Source: Tubulanus polymorphus (Eukaryota; Animalia; Nemertea). From it: a DNA stretch of 64,000 nt. The position numbers and the translations under genes were made by a program. Location: the NCBI RefSeq assembly GCF_964204645.1, contig NC_134027.1, positions 16,586,485 to 16,650,484 on the forward strand, written 5' to 3'. The stretch's first letter is position 1; each line of letters opens with the position of its first letter. Below are positions 22,407 through 36,824 of this stretch, in pieces. The notes below the pieces were generated by a model, which searched no databases, was not told the DNA's origin, and worked only from the letters and a program-made list of their open reading frames with translations.

Positions 22407-23325
22407 AGAGCAAATGCCAAAATAGAATATTGTGTAAAAGTCATTTTCAAATGTGATGTATTCACAAATATCAGATATGCTACTGGTTTGAATTTTAGTT
22501 CAGCTATTACTGAGAAATACGACTCAAGTCAGCAATTTCAGCACACGCTCACTGTTACGTTGATGTAAGCAGATGTTAGCATGTTCGTGTTTCTGGCATC
22601 ATCTCTGACAAGTGCTCACAGCTTCCAGTCATTTCACTAGACATTTGATAGGGTATTTCATCATTTTGAAGTGTTTTGGAATTTTGAACTCTTATCATTG
22701 TATACTGTTGCTACTGTTGTAAATGACATGATAAACGTATATTAGTGAATGGTGCTGTCGGTCTGTGAATTCAGTGAGCAAATGATGTTTATTTTATCAA
22801 ATATCCATCGGTTACGCGTATTAGCACCCGCACGTGCTTGTGTTGATTGTCCAGGGATGAAAACAGAAGCGTTAAGAAATGCGGAAAAATTTGAAATACA
22901 AATATTAGGCTAACTACTGCTGGCCAAGCCAGCCGTCGCGAGTATCGAAATTTAAATAGGCACCGAAATTTTGAAATTTCAAGGAGTTTTTGGCACGGTG
23001 TTTCACAATTATGTTGTAAAAAAGATTTCAGAGATCGTAGCACCAGTTTTACGAGACACTTTTAGGGTGTGTTCTTTAAGTATGCAACAATTTTACTCTC
23101 AACTTTTCCGCAAGTCCCTACCGCCTCCAACCGCAGAAATCTGCATTTCCACGGAAGATTTTCATCCCTGCTTCTCATAGATAACATCATAGATAATGCC
23201 ACTGCGGGTTGTATATGAATTATACGCACGATACTTTTTTCGATCTCAGGTCATTATATATATATATACTTCAATTTCATCTCGTCAAGAAATCGGGGAA
23301 AGTACAACTTTGATAGCATTTGCCC
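22407..23325. mobile_element. Kolobok-like MITE (degenerate ends)
   Basis: TTAGAGAGCAAATGCC ... AGCATTTGCCCTTTAA are inverted ends with TTAA-like flanks. Confidence 0.45.
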
Positions 23326-24881
23326 TTTAAGAGAAATCCCATCGTCAGTTTAGAATCATTTATTTGTATCCTATAAACTGTTGTATATAATTATGATCAT
23401 ATTTGTAAGACTCATTAATTTTGTCTGATATTTTATGAAATCTGAATTATGTGCTCTCATTTGAATCGAAATAATTTCCTGATATCTTAATCCGCAATAA
23501 GTGAAAATCCAAATAAAACTGATCCAAATTAAAGGAGTTATACTCATCAACATCATGTCTTGATAGCCAAGGGCCGTTGAGGTGGGACATAGCGTCTGAT
23601 GAGATACTAACAGTCCTGAGATCGTTAGAGATATACTGTACTTTCAAAACTGCAAAGGCGAAGGGGAAAAATACAATACTAATCTTTACTCTCACAGAAG
23701 TTTTTAAAATGGGGAGAGACCATGCCTAATTTTTTTCTGTGAGTTACATAATTTGAAAACTCTATTGGATTGAATTCAAATAACGGGGGAAAACTGACTT
23801 TTTGCAGATAGTCAGATCAAAAATAAGGACGGAAAATATCAAGAGAGTATTACTTTAAACTGCACATGCCACTATATTGCTTAGTTAGTTACCTAATCGT
23901 TGGTGGTAAGCTTTTTATAACGGATGGGCTTATACCAACGTTAGGGATGACAAGGGCCAAAACACGGTTGAAAAAAGTAATACTTCAAAAATATACTTTT
24001 TATTCACTTCAGTCCACAATTAATGGCTTAAATCCCAAACTAACACAGGTACCTTTTGAAATAATCCAATTTTATGTATGTTTCGAGCAATTAATCAACA
24101 TTATTGTGAGAAATCAATTAATTTATCCACAAATTTCGCCATTAGCCGCCATTTCTGTGTATTGCATACATGTGGCATGATAGACAAGGGGACCTACAAG
24201 GATTTATATAAAACTTTCAAAACGAAACGATAATTTTTATTTTTGATAGTTTTCCAACTTATATTTCAAATCATCGTGTTTTCCATAATAAATAATAAAT
24301 AAAATAAATTCTGGTTGAAGAAAAATGTAAATAAGTGTTGATTTCTTAATTTTTTTCAATTTCGTCGTTTCGTTTCTTTAGTTTGTGTTTGTGGTATTAG
24401 TGTCAATAAAGTATTTTGAATTGGTCCTGGCCTCAGTCCACAGGTGCCAGCACCCTCCACAAGTATTCAAAATGGCCGCCGTTGAATTGACGGAAATTTA
24501 CTCTCACATTACGGCCGATTTGCACATGGATCAAGATCGTCAGGAGAGGTCTTATAGGTATCAAACAAACTACGAATCTGTTGTGCGTTGATTACAACAA
24601 AAATTATCTCAAAAGACCAGAAAATGCCAGGCAAATTACTCGTGAGTCAAATTGACTCACGAAGATTTCATTGAAAAATGACCTTCCGATTCCTGACTGT
24701 GGTTTGTGAAAATATCCGATCGTGAAACTAAACCACAGTCAGGTTACTGACTATATATTGCTCAGCTCAAAAAGTATAGAAGGCCAACTTTCAATATACC
24801 GATTTTGAGAGACAAAATGACATTCTGTAAAATAAAATGTCTATCGTTCATGGATTTTTCTATCATCAATAATTTACATAC

Positions 24882-25043
24882 ATGAGCTAATGGTGTATTC
24901 TCATATTTTCCTTCTAATACATGTATATCACATCTTGTGGCTGCTTCATCCAATTTTGCGTGAATAATGCGTTTGACTGGAAATGGCGTGAAGCTATGAA
25001 ATACTATATCAGGTTGAGCAAGGTCGGTACATCCTTCAATAAA
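24882..25043 (-). CDS. HSPA14: HSPA14 internal exon (substrate-binding beta domain)
   Basis: Boundaries are ctttttcag|TTT ATT GAA ... GCT CAT|gtatgt. Encodes FIEGCTDLAQPDIVFHSFTPFPVKRIIHAKLDEAATRCDIHVLEGKYENTPLAH (TP.P.kR motif, 'vlEG'). Length 162 nt, phase 0/0. Confidence 0.8.
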
Positions 25044-25584
25044 CTGAAAAAGATATTTTCCATTACATTTTTTCCACATACAGGGTGTCTAAAAAGATGT
25101 TAAAACTGTAGTTATACAATTACACGTAATTAATCATTTGCTCAATTTAAACAAATTTTTCTGAAACCATATCTATAGTTTCTATTAGTGGTATGTTAGT
25201 AAATAGAGATTCAATAACAAAATTTATGAGAGTATCCAAAAGCTGAAATACAAATGTTTTAAGTCATTTGAGGAAATCCCAGGTACTATTTAACATGTAC
25301 ATAGATGTTATAAGGGGTTTGATGAGTTTGTCTAAATATTTGGCAAGATTATATTCAGCAGTACCAATCATAGAAATGACTGGTCTAAACGGAAAGTTAA
25401 AGGGCAAAACTTTTCCAGACTTAACCCTTTCAGTACTACGGATGTGCTATGCATGCTTCTACTGCGTCACTTTGTGAGCGGCTGATGTGCAGAGCATGCA
25501 TATCAGCTATTCTTTTCAAATTGACTGTAGCACAACAGCGATCGTTTCAGTTTGAATAGTCAGCACCTTACAAAAATAAATAAC

Positions 25585-28500
25585 CCATGGGCAAAGTGCG
25601 GTTTACCTTGAAAGCTAGAGGTTGTTTGGAGTAAGGGCATTGCTTGAAAAATCTTTTCAATTTGTGACTTCAAAGTTCTAGAAGTTTATATTGTATTTTA
25701 TCTTTCTTAAAGAATTATTTTGTAGTCAAATTAGACCAAAGATAAACATTTGTTTATGGTCTACGTCCATAATTTCGTAGGGTACAGGTAGGCGAGGCAT
25801 TGGAAACTATTTTATATTTTCAAAGAAATATTTTTCACAATATGAAAAAATATTCAATAGAATTCATATGATGTCACATGTCAGAGGAAGGCTGAATATT
25901 GAGTCTTGGAAACGAAACCTTTTCCAATGAATGGCCGCGGAATCTAAAACCGGGGCTAGTATTAGATCGTTTTAAATCCTGGAATTTACCACTACAATAT
26001 TCAGACCTCGTCCTATACCTATAGTGTGCTGCTTAGTATTTTCAGGTCACAAGAAATTACAATTTACTACAAATTCTATCAAACAGAAAACACAGCGCTC
26101 ATCTGCTACGACGATTATTCAGCCTGTTATCATACCAAATGTGCACGCGCCAAGCAGCGTTACAGCATCACCATATAGAAGTCTGTATGAGCGTGTGTTT
26201 GTGTGCGCAACAATCTAATGTTAGCACTCCCGCGCACGTGGAGGCCTTGACATAAAGCGTACGTTCGCTTCACTTCAATCTCAATCAACACATTCACCGG
26301 GTATTAAAATGAAACAACACCTATGGCGATACGTGAAATGATTATATTCTCAACAGCAATGAGTATTCAAAATTCGCACATATACGGCACCTAGTCCAAT
26401 GAAACTTTCGCCATTAATGGCTTTCCCATAATTATTTTAGTAGCGCCGGAATTCCCCGTATATCTGTAACCGGCTGGTTGTCGTATCGGCAGGCTGGCTG
26501 GGGAACTAGCATTTACACCGGCGGTACAGGATTCCATCCATCAGGAACAACAAGGCAGTTAAACCTTATATGTACAATCTTTATTGCATCCCGGAATGAG
26601 AATCATTATCATAGCTTTACATAGTCTTTATATACAGAATCATGAGTATAATGTGAGAACTAGGTGTCAGACAAGTTGTAGACATCAGGACTCACAAACA
26701 AACACCTAGTGACATGTTTGAGAGACATTAATTAATTATCGATGAGCACTGACTATAGCTAATTATCGTGAAAACATATTGAGTAATGTCACATGTTGAT
26801 TACGACCTTAAAGCACATATTGACACTATAGTCATAAGTTATATTATATTATTATTATTATTAATATGTAGTAGAGCTATGAAATGTTATGAACTGTTCG
26901 ATATGACATTGTAGATCTATATGATTACGAAATATGCAAATTATATCAGGGTGACAGATGCCCCCTTGTCCAATTAAATTTGGTCCTCCAAATTTGCGGA
27001 AAACGCAGATGCTATAACTTCATTAAAACTCCTTCCACTGCGAGAATGTGTAAAATTGAGTTCCACCGTGCGAAAATGTGCAAACGTTGGACAGTAACAT
27101 CCGGATGCTCAGTCATTCACGAAAGAGTCACATGTTGTCGTTATATACGGACGATGCAATTATACGTTAACTGTAATTATCTGCAAAGTATCCCCGAATT
27201 CTGGCCGGTTCTGCGACGAACAGAAGTAGCGACGTGTTGTGTAGTTATAGCATCCCAAAGATCAGTTGTTGATGCAAGTTGCAAGTAGTACGCATTTCTC
27301 TGTTTTGAAGATCTTTCGATTACTGACTGGAAATAACTTCGTGACACAATGATAGTAACATGCAACATCTGACATCACAGCAGAGTTCAGGCAATAACAC
27401 AACACAAATACAGTTACCCTTGTCAACCAAAAGGAAAAAATTATCATCATCCAAAATAAGTGGCCAGGTGTAACTGAGATTATATATTTGTTCACATAAA
27501 AGTTCAACCAATTCATCTTCATGTTTTAATTATACTAACAAACAAAAAATATGAACCTATGAAAATGAAAATTGCCGATTAAACCTTTAGTATAGTCGAA
27601 ATAGTTTGTTGCGAAAAAAGTATAGATACGCACTGTACTGTAAGTAGATGAATTTGACTTATTAACCTTAGACATATCCCCTGAGAAGTGTTCCATATTC
27701 TAATACTTATAGTACGAAATGAAACTAAAATTGATTTATGCTGATTGGAACTAGATGCCTAGAAAAAAAGAATTGTGAATCATACTATTTAAACCGGCGA
27801 TAACTTTTTTGATCGTACGGTAGTATCTTATATCCAAATTCCTATAATTTTCTATCATGTTCATCTGACCACTAATTCGAGACAAAGAAGCAACTGTATT
27901 ACCTTCGGCTGACAAAAAGTTACCGTAATGCATTGTACCCACTGAAACAGCAGCAATGTTCACGATCAGTACGGCCATCTCGTCACAGGTGTAGTTGAAT
28001 ACGATCTTCTCGTGAGGTCAACGTTCCAGTCACAACCAATAGTTTAACAGCTTCATCTGTACTTGTGTAAGTCAAGAGGACTTAAATTTGGGTTCTCCAC
28101 CATCTGTAACCGTTGATCTGTGAAGGTAAACCCGGTTCTCCGCCATCTGTAACCGGCTGGTTGTTGTATCGGCAGGCTGGCTGGGGAACTAGCATTTACA
28201 CCAGCGGTACAGGATTCCATCCATCAGGAACAACAAGGCAGTTAAACCTTATATGTACAATCTTTATTGCATCCCGGAATGAGAATCATTATCATAGCTT
28301 TACATAGTCTTTATATACAGAATCATGAGTATAATGTGAGAACTAGGTGTCAGACAAGTTGTAGACATCAGGACTCACAAACAAACACCTAGTGACATGT
28401 TTGAGAGACATTAATTAATTATCGATGAGCACTGACTATAGCTAATTATCGTGAAAACATATTGAGTAATTTCACATGTTGATTACGACATTAAAGCACA

Positions 28501-28930
28501 TAATGACACTATAGTCATAAGTTATATTATATTATTATTATTATTAATATGTAGTAGAGCTATGAAATGTTATGAACTGTTCGATATGACATTGTAGATC
28601 TATATGATTACGAAATATGCAAATTATATCAGGGTGACATATCCCAAAAACAGCCAATCACATTCCCTCGTAGAGACGACGCCCCCCCAATCGAGGTCAT
28701 TGCAATCTTATACGCAAGAGCTAAGAATTTTCCCGCCATAAACAGTTTTACGTCGAATTTAAACAAAGTTGAAAATGTCATCGACGGAGGTTCGTCCTGT
28801 CTTCAATCGCATCGATTATACGTCGTTTAACCCGAGAACCAATGAAAAAAATGCTAATAAAAAAAACGTACCGCGGTTTCACATGAATTGGCTCAATGCC
28901 AACCTCATACTGCTGACAAAGGTAAACCAA
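25585..28930. mobile_element. Interspersed repeat (GGTTTACCTT...AAGGTAAACC ends) hosting the LTR element
   Basis: A second copy without the LTR insertion lies at ~33586-34680 and aligns along its length. Confidence 0.75.
26465..28639 (-). mobile_element. Non-autonomous LTR retrotransposon (TRIM-like)
   Basis: Near-identical 492-bp LTRs at 26465-26956 and 28148-28639 with TG..CA ends and TSD TATC. On the minus strand a PBS-like TGGCGGAGAACCGGG lies next to 28148 and a PPT AAGGGGGCATC next to 26956. The internal 1.19 kb has no pol. Confidence 0.88.
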
Positions 28931-29745
28931 AAAACCTTATAAAAATTGTTTTACAAATCATCAAAATCTTGTAGATTGTCGGGGATTAAACATTTATAAT
29001 TTAATTCCTCCAATTCCCGTTACACTTGGATGGCGTGATACTCCGGTCCCAATGTTTGCGCAGGCGCACTGACGACAGGGCAATGCGTGTTAGTTGAGAA
29101 ACTTGTTGTAATGGCGTCCTAATTAAAATGTGTCAGGTTCATGTGAACCGCTGTTGTTCTCGTTAATTTCTTGTGTCTACCACATAGATTGTGCATGCGT
29201 GTCAGTTGGAAAATTGAAATAATAAATAAAATTTAAATTTTTAAAATTCTGTCGTTCGTTCCATAATATCACTCCCGTTACCGTATAGTGCTGCCATCTC
29301 TCCATAATCATTTCATTGGTTTTCATTTTCGATTTCTAGTGATTTTTTTGGGAAAATTATGGTTTGGAGTATGGTCAGCCAAATGTATCAAAATGGCCGC
29401 TATGGATGCCAAATGTAAAAATAATGAAAACATATATTCATAAATATAGCATAATAATAACAAAGCAGCGATGACGGGTTTTCTGCAAAGCCATTCAGGA
29501 TGATGGGAATTGTAGTAAATTGAAATACTGATACATAGAATAAAATGCGTTGACAGATTCAAACCTCATTTGCACCCACTGTGCAAACGTCAAATGTGAT
29601 TCAGCTTTGAAACTGAACATACGCAGACATAGAATAAAAAAATATGAATGTATTCGACCAGGCATTTATTTCGGCATTCAAACATCATGATCCTGTATTA
29701 TCACAACGCTAAAAATGGATCTGTCCTATTAAGAACTCATCTTAA

Positions 29746-32130
29746 CCCTTTAAACCCTGACGTTTAATATTACCTTTTACTATATACCTGGCTTCGGGGG
29801 GCAAAAATACCCTGTATTCAAATAGCTGTAAAATTTTAACTTATAAAAATATCTACATGAAATAAAGTTTATTAGACAGTACAGGAAGTAAGCTTCTCAA
29901 AAAACATATCAAACACTCACCCTACTCCCAGTATCTTTGAAGTGAATGCCACTTTCGGAAGCAGTTTTCAGCTTCAGTGCCGATACAGAGAAAAACGTTA
30001 CATAACATACACCTATATACAGTTTTGCGTCTTTTAGGGAGATTTACATCCCCATTCCTTTTTGCACGCTTATATCGTTCATCACAAACAACACAACGAT
30101 TGTTAGAAGTAGCCTCTGCTCCCCTTTCTGGAAAATGTTGTCCAGCATTCAGTCTTTGTAGATCATGTTCATGCTCGCGACGTTGACCGAGAACAGGTTC
30201 GTCCCTATTTGCAACATGATCATCCACAAGATCATGAAGAGTTTATCAACAAAATCATGGAAGCAATAGGATGCTACTGGTGATGGATTGGTCTTTCTTT
30301 TGAGTATGTATGCATTATAAATGGCCCACATCATAAATTTGACAATAAGTCTACGCGGCCATCTGAAATGACGTCTGCACTTGACCTTCTTTGTATGTTG
30401 GTCATTGAGATCAACTCCTCCAATGTGCATATTACATTTTTTACTATACTAGGAGCAGGGACTTGAACCCTGCCCCTTCTGCAGCTATGTATCTCCTTAC
30501 TTCAGTGTCAGGAGATTTTACATGAGCAGTAGAGAGGAAGTGGATTGGCTTTTTTTCCATCCACACAAGAGCGGCTACCTTTCCGTTGAAACGGCGCTTA
30601 TATTCACCACGTGCTAACTCGTTCACTGTTTTGATACTTACAGGAAATCTCTTCCTGTTTGTCATTATAGTTCCAACAATACAAGTGTTCATATTGTCCA
30701 GAAGATATTCACTAAGGAAAACACTACTGTAAAAACGGTCCACATATACGCAGTAACCATGGTTCGCAAGGGGTTTACAAAGACGTCGAACTAAATTTCC
30801 GGTTGCACCGAGAACTTCCACATCCTCAGGATCATTTTGTGCACCTGTATATACTTCTGCATTTATAATATATCGATTGTCACTGTCACACAATAAAAAA
30901 GTTTTTATACCCCATTTTACGGGCTTGTCTTTGAGGTATTGTTTTATTGAGAGTTAATTTTTCGTCGGGATCATGCCCTCGTCTAAGGACACATTTTCAC
31001 CAGGCACATAAAAATTCTTGAACTTTGTCAACAAATGATCCAGCACTGGTCTAGTTTTATAGATTTTATCATCTTTGTTGAGGGTGGGGTCTTCCTCATT
31101 TACACAGTGTAGAAAAGTCCATATTGCTAGGAATCGATCCCTGCTCATAACTTTTTTGAAGCCCGGGGTTGATAAAAGCCAACTGTTTTGACTCCAATAA
31201 TCAGAATAGCGATATTTATAAATCAGGCACTCCATGGTTATTCGCAGGCCAAAGAATGCTTTTAGTTCATTTATGGTCACACTACGCCAGACTACGTCTG
31301 GCTTGACGATTTTTTTCGGCTTTGAGGAGGTGCCACAATTCATTGTCCCATACTAAATCTAAATATTCAGCTGGTGAACCTTCAGCAGTGATGGTGTCAG
31401 GGATACTTTTCACACTAGGGATTTCCAAAGGTGTAAAAGGAAGTTCATTATGAGCAGCAACATTTTCTATCAAATTATCAATTATTGGTTGACAATTACC
31501 AATATTGCCACCAGCTCGACGACCCCTGCGGGCACAGCCCCAACGTGCCCCTCGATTTCCAGCTCTACCTATCTGACCACCACATTGATTGCCACACTGA
31601 CCTCTAACTGCTCGACCACGTCCACGCTGCTGTTGGTTGATAGGAGGTACACGTAGGCCTACGGGTTCACTGTCAGTGTCACTTGACACGTGGTAATTTA
31701 TCGGTGATTGTGACCAAACTTGAGCACCGACTCCCCTTCCTAAAGGACGGCTTCTTGGATGAATATGGGAAGGAGTAGATTAATGTAGTTGTTTATTAGA
31801 ATTAGACAGTTCATCATCACTGCTGCTGACATCATGAGTAGGTCTGTTCCCAGCTCTACATCCAGTACTTGTACTCAGTGCAACATTGTCCATAATATTG
31901 TTCGTATGAGAAGCTGCAGGGTCAATGTCCGGTCCATTTCTATCACTACCTGATTCATAATTATTGTCATTTTGTGATGAATTATCAACTAACGTCAACG
32001 TACCTTCTTCAAAACTCTCATCTTCTGTCTCAAAATCACTATCATCACGATGATCTCTAGGGTGAGATCGAAACGTCATGTTTTTACAATTTAGATTGTT
32101 TCAATAAATAAACATACTATGGATAGCCAG
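29746..32130 (-). mobile_element. Decayed piggyBac transposon (right boundary approximate)
   Basis: TTAA|CCCTTT terminus at 29742-29751. Transposase fragments include MSRDRF, VSLDEGMIP, KPVKWGIK, YVDRFYSS, GGVDLNDQ and the Cys-rich tail CVVC...CMLCNVFLC...CFRKWH. There are many frameshifts. Confidence 0.9.
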
Positions 32131-32927
32131 CAGTAGAGCTGTGAATATAGTGAATGTTGTTTCATAGATTTTATACATAGGCTACGAGTACTGAGTTCAC
32201 ACACGTGTATGTTTGTTTGGCAAACCACATGTATTCATTGTACAGTATTTATATATACCGCACTATAGCGCCAGTGCGCCGATGATCATTACACAGCAGT
32301 CTAATGTTAAAGATTACAGGCGTGCAGTATTCAACGTAGACACAATACATTTAATACATGCAATCAAACAATGAGCGCTTATCCTGCTATTTAAAGTTAG
32401 AAACAGCAGATCACAATGCTTAATTACATACAGTGGTAAAGACTATCAACTACTGTGAGAATGACCATAGTACTGTGTTAAAAGTGACTTATGTAAAAAC
32501 ATGAAGAAGCACCTTGCTTAAAAACCGACAATAGCCTAAGTGCAACTTTTTAAACTGAAAACTTGACCTCCACTTATACACCGGGTTGACTTGTACCCGA
32601 GAAAATACGGTACGTAAGGCTGAATTTGTAAAATATGGCTATAGCAGCCATCGTGCATGTTATCCAAAACGAACTCATCTGTAATATATAATCTTCTCCA
32701 CTACAACGATTTGATAAAAGGTAAAATAGTGATCTGGAAATGCTTCTTCAGCTTCCAAAATTATTCATTTTCAAACAAATTTAGCTGTGGCAACCATCTT
32801 GGATGACCCATTTTCAGAAAACGTTCATGACCCTGCTACCGGACATCATTTTTTAGCCAAAGCATTAGTGAGAAAGTTTTAGTTCTAAAAGATTACCTGT
32901 GTTTTACCATACAAGGCTTGTGTTTAC

Positions 32928-33146
32928 CTTAATTCTAATGCTTTTTTGTATGCAAGGCATATCGGTACACTTTTCCAACAGTTTAGCTTCCTCTTCATTG
33001 CCAGTAAGAATGGAAGCCTCCTTAGCAGCACCTACTGCAACCACTTCATCTGGCGGAATACTAAAAAGCATTTCAGCATGTGGAAAATAATTCTGAATCT
33101 GCTGCTGTAGATAAGGAATTTTAGTTGAGCCACCACACAATATGAC
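32928..33146 (-). CDS. HSPA14: HSPA14 internal exon
   Basis: Boundaries are tgtag|GTC ATA TTG ... ATT AAG|gtaaac. Encodes VILCGGSTKIPYLQQQIQNYFPHAEMLFSIPPDEVVAVGAAKEASIL.... The 'LCGGS..IP' and 'SIPPDEV..GAA.EA.IL' variants are typical of HSPA14 rather than canonical Hsp70. Length 219 nt. Confidence 0.92.
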
Positions 33147-33585
33147 CTACAGTATGAAAAAAGAAAGGATTGGAATGTGTATTATCTCTGTTCAAGTGAA
33201 CAGTTCGACTGTATTAGTTGTCAAGTAGGAATAATTTAACCCAGTAAACACTTAACATTAGATCAAGGGTCAGGACAATTTGAAAACTCTTCAAATGTTT
33301 TTTTCAGGCACAATTTCCTTAGGATGTGCCTAAGACAATTGTTTCTTTAGGCCCACCGCACACATTACCGAAAAAATGTTGTTTCCTCATTAAGAACGTT
33401 TTCGCTGTGTCTTGTTATGCCATGTGGGGGGAGTAAAAAAACAAAACGCCGAACAGAAAAACGTTTTTCACGAAACAAGCACTGCTTGATTGGCGAAAAA
33501 CATTGTGTCTTGCAAAACATCCACGGCTGAATAACCAATCGGCAATGTATCACATGGCATTACAAAAATTGATATGAATAAATTG

Positions 33586-34680
33586 CCCATGGGCAAAGTG
33601 TGGTTTACCTTGAAAGCTAGAGGTTGTTTGGGGTAAGGGCATTGCTTGAAAAATCTTTTTAATTTGTGACTTCAAAGTTCTACAAGTTTAAATATTGTAT
33701 TTTATCTTTCTTAAAGGATTATTTTGTAGGCAAATAAGACCAAAGATATACATTTGTTTATGGCTTCACATTCAGATTTTATATTTTCATGTTTTTCATA
33801 AAATGAAAAAATATTCAAATAAAATTCATATAATGTCACATATCAGAGGGTGGCTGAATGTATGGCCGCGGAAGCTAAAATATCGGTGCAGTAAGAAATC
33901 AGCGTATTAGATCGTTTTTAATCCTGGAATTTACCACTACAATATTCACACCTCGACCTATACCTATAGTTTGCTGCTTAGTATTTTCAGATCACAAGAA
34001 ATTGCAATTTATCACAAATTCTATCAAACAGAAAACACACGCTCATCTTCTGCTGATGAAATGTCAAACGAGCCTGCAAGCAGCGTTACGGTATCACTAT
34101 AGTAGTGTATACTGTGCGCGCGCGTGTGTGTGTGCAACAATCTAATGTAATGATTTCCGCGCACACGTGGAGGCCTTGTGTAAGTGAATGTTCGCTTACA
34201 CTTCAATGTCAATCAAATCAATCACTGGGTATCAAAATGAAACAATACCTATGGCGGATGATAATTACTTTCTCACTGGAAATGAGCATTTGAAATTCGC
34301 ACGTATACGGCACCTAGTCGGATGAAACGTTCGCCATTCTATGGCTTTTCCATAATTATTTTAGTAGCGCCGGAATTCCCCTAAATCCCAAAAAACAGCC
34401 AATCACATTCGCTCATAGAGACAACACCCCCCAACCGAGGTAATTGCAATTTTATACACGAGAGCTAAGAATTTTCCCGCCAAAAACAGTTTTCGTAGAA
34501 TTTTAACAATGTTGACCATGTCATCGATGGAGGTTCGCCATGTCTTCAATCGCATCGATTATACGACGTTTAAGCCGAGAACTAATGAAACAAATGCTCA
34601 CATAAAAAAAACGTACCGCAATTTTACATGAATTGGCTCACTGCCAACTTCATATCGCTGACAAAGGTAAACCAAAAACC
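33586..34680. mobile_element. Second copy of the 25585-28930 repeat (empty LTR site)
   Basis: Collinear similarity; the empty site GGAATTCCCCTAAATCCCAAAA is at ~34372-34393. Confidence 0.75.
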
Positions 34681-35583
34681 AAGTTTATTGTTGTCACCAT
34701 GAATTTCATGGTGCAAGAAATGATTTCTGTGCATTTTCGTTATGTCCATTGAACGTTTTATCGCTTGCGGTCAAAATGTTTTACAAAAAACGTTTTGAGC
34801 ATGTTTTCTGCTTTGGCGAAATATATGTTATGCTGTGTGCAGCAGGCTTTAGGATCCTGAATAGTGTTTCAATTATTCAATCACACGCATTGAGTATTTT
34901 CTGGAAAGGGCAGCCTAAAAGTGTGAAGATCGCATATAAGAATAGAATTTATAGGTACTGAATATGAAATGTTGAATTAAAGACATTAGACTTGAAGCAT
35001 AGTAAGAATATTTCAACAACCTTTAGAACTTTCTTGCCTTGAAGGACATGCTAAGATTATGCCGAATTAGGTAGATTTTCAAATAAGAAGGCAATTCGCA
35101 GCAAGAAAAAGTAAAATTGAATCTTATTTTTAGTGTAAATGGGCAAAATAGGGCATCTGTGTTTAGCTTAACTTTTTTGCACAGCGATGTCCCCTTTTCT
35201 AGAAAAGTTTGTGCCTATCCTGTGAAAATCATGGCTATGGGCGTGCTTAAAAAGTCCCAGAAAATAGTAAAAAGTTAACGGCATCATGGTGTAGTCGGTC
35301 GCTTGTAAACGAAAAACCTCAAAAATCGTTGAAAATAACAGTTACTGTCCATTGTGGTTTATTCCAATAATGTGCCCTTTTCTTTGGTGAGGCAGCCAAA
35401 ATTGAACCCTGAATACACCCTTGGGACAAAATACAGGGTAGTTAATAGGCATACCCCATATTTTATACAATATCTTGCTATTAGCTATTATGATTAAATC
35501 TATAGGTTATTGGGATAAGTGTCCAGTTTGGATAACATCCTGCGATATACTTTTTAAGACATAACAAAATTCAGTGTTGCCAG

Positions 35584-36053
35584 TGTCACCCTGATATAAT
35601 TTGCATATTTCGTAATCATATAGATCTACAATGTCATATCGAACAGTTCATAACATTTCATAGCTCTACTACATATTAAAAATAATAATAATAATAATAA
35701 TAATAATATAATATAACTTATGACTATAGTGTCAATATGTGCTTTAAGGTCGTAATCAACATGTGACATTACTCAACATGTTTTCACGATAATTAGCTAT
35801 AGTCAGTGCTCATCGATAATTAATCAATGTCTCTCAAACATGTCACTAGGTGTTTGTTTGTGAGTCCTGATGTCTACAACTTGTCTGACACCTAGTTCTC
35901 ACATTATACTCATGATTCTGTATATAAAGACTATGTAAAGCTATGATAATGATTCTCATTGCGGGATGCAATAAAGATTGTACATATAAGGTTTAACTGC
36001 CTCGTTGTTCCTGATGGATGGAATCCTGTACCGCTGGCGTAAATGCTAGTTCC

Positions 36054-36104
<51 letters not shown>

Positions 36105-36154
36105 ATACAACAACCAGCCAGCCAGCCAGCCAATACAACAACCAGCCGTTTACA
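35584..36154 (+). mobile_element. Solo LTR of the TRIM family with expanded (CCAG)n and (AAT)n
   Basis: Reverse complement of 26465-26956. TGTCACC...TTTACA ends with a perfect 4-bp TSD CCAG. Confidence 0.9.
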
Positions 36155-36824
36155 CCAGCACCTAGCTATAGTATTTCCGGAACTCAAGTTCATTCCCTGT
36201 ACCATTGGCCCTTCCAATGTGCATAGCTTGCTTTAGCTCGGAATGCTAAGTAACTGGCAAGAAAATTTAAAAAAATTACTACTGTCTGTCACACATGCTC
36301 TCTGTACGACGTTTTGGTCCGTAATTTCGTTAATAATCAATCTATCTGTGAATATGTTATGCATCAATTTGTTCAGTAAGCAAATTGCATTCAGAAATTA
36401 ATAATGAAAAGGCAAAAATTTGCTTGTTTTTTCATCTATCAGCGACAGTTTACCTAGCATATGCTCATGTAATGCTGAAAAACGGTGCCACCTACATTGC
36501 TATGTTATGCTTATTAATAGGTGAAGATATCAGAGAAACATCTCTGAGCGTCGGCATTATGGGAGCCGTATGCTGAGTAACCTATCACTCAGCAATGAAA
36601 ACAAAAACAACTTGAATCAACCCAATTTCAAAAATGGTTCTCCCAGCACAGCAAAGGGCAACAGGGTCTTCTAGCCACCCGATCACCCGCCATTTTGGAC
36701 AGGAGATTATGAAAATATTAACCAAAATTAAATTGTTGGGAATCTCAAGAACTTCTACCACAATTAGACCAAAATCATCTATAGGAGTGTACTGCAAGCT
36801 ATCTCCGGTTACAAGCTAGAATTT

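Noticed and set aside
35931-36236. ORFs with WLAG / PASQ repeats
   Set aside because: They are translations of a (CCAG)n microsatellite inside a solo LTR.
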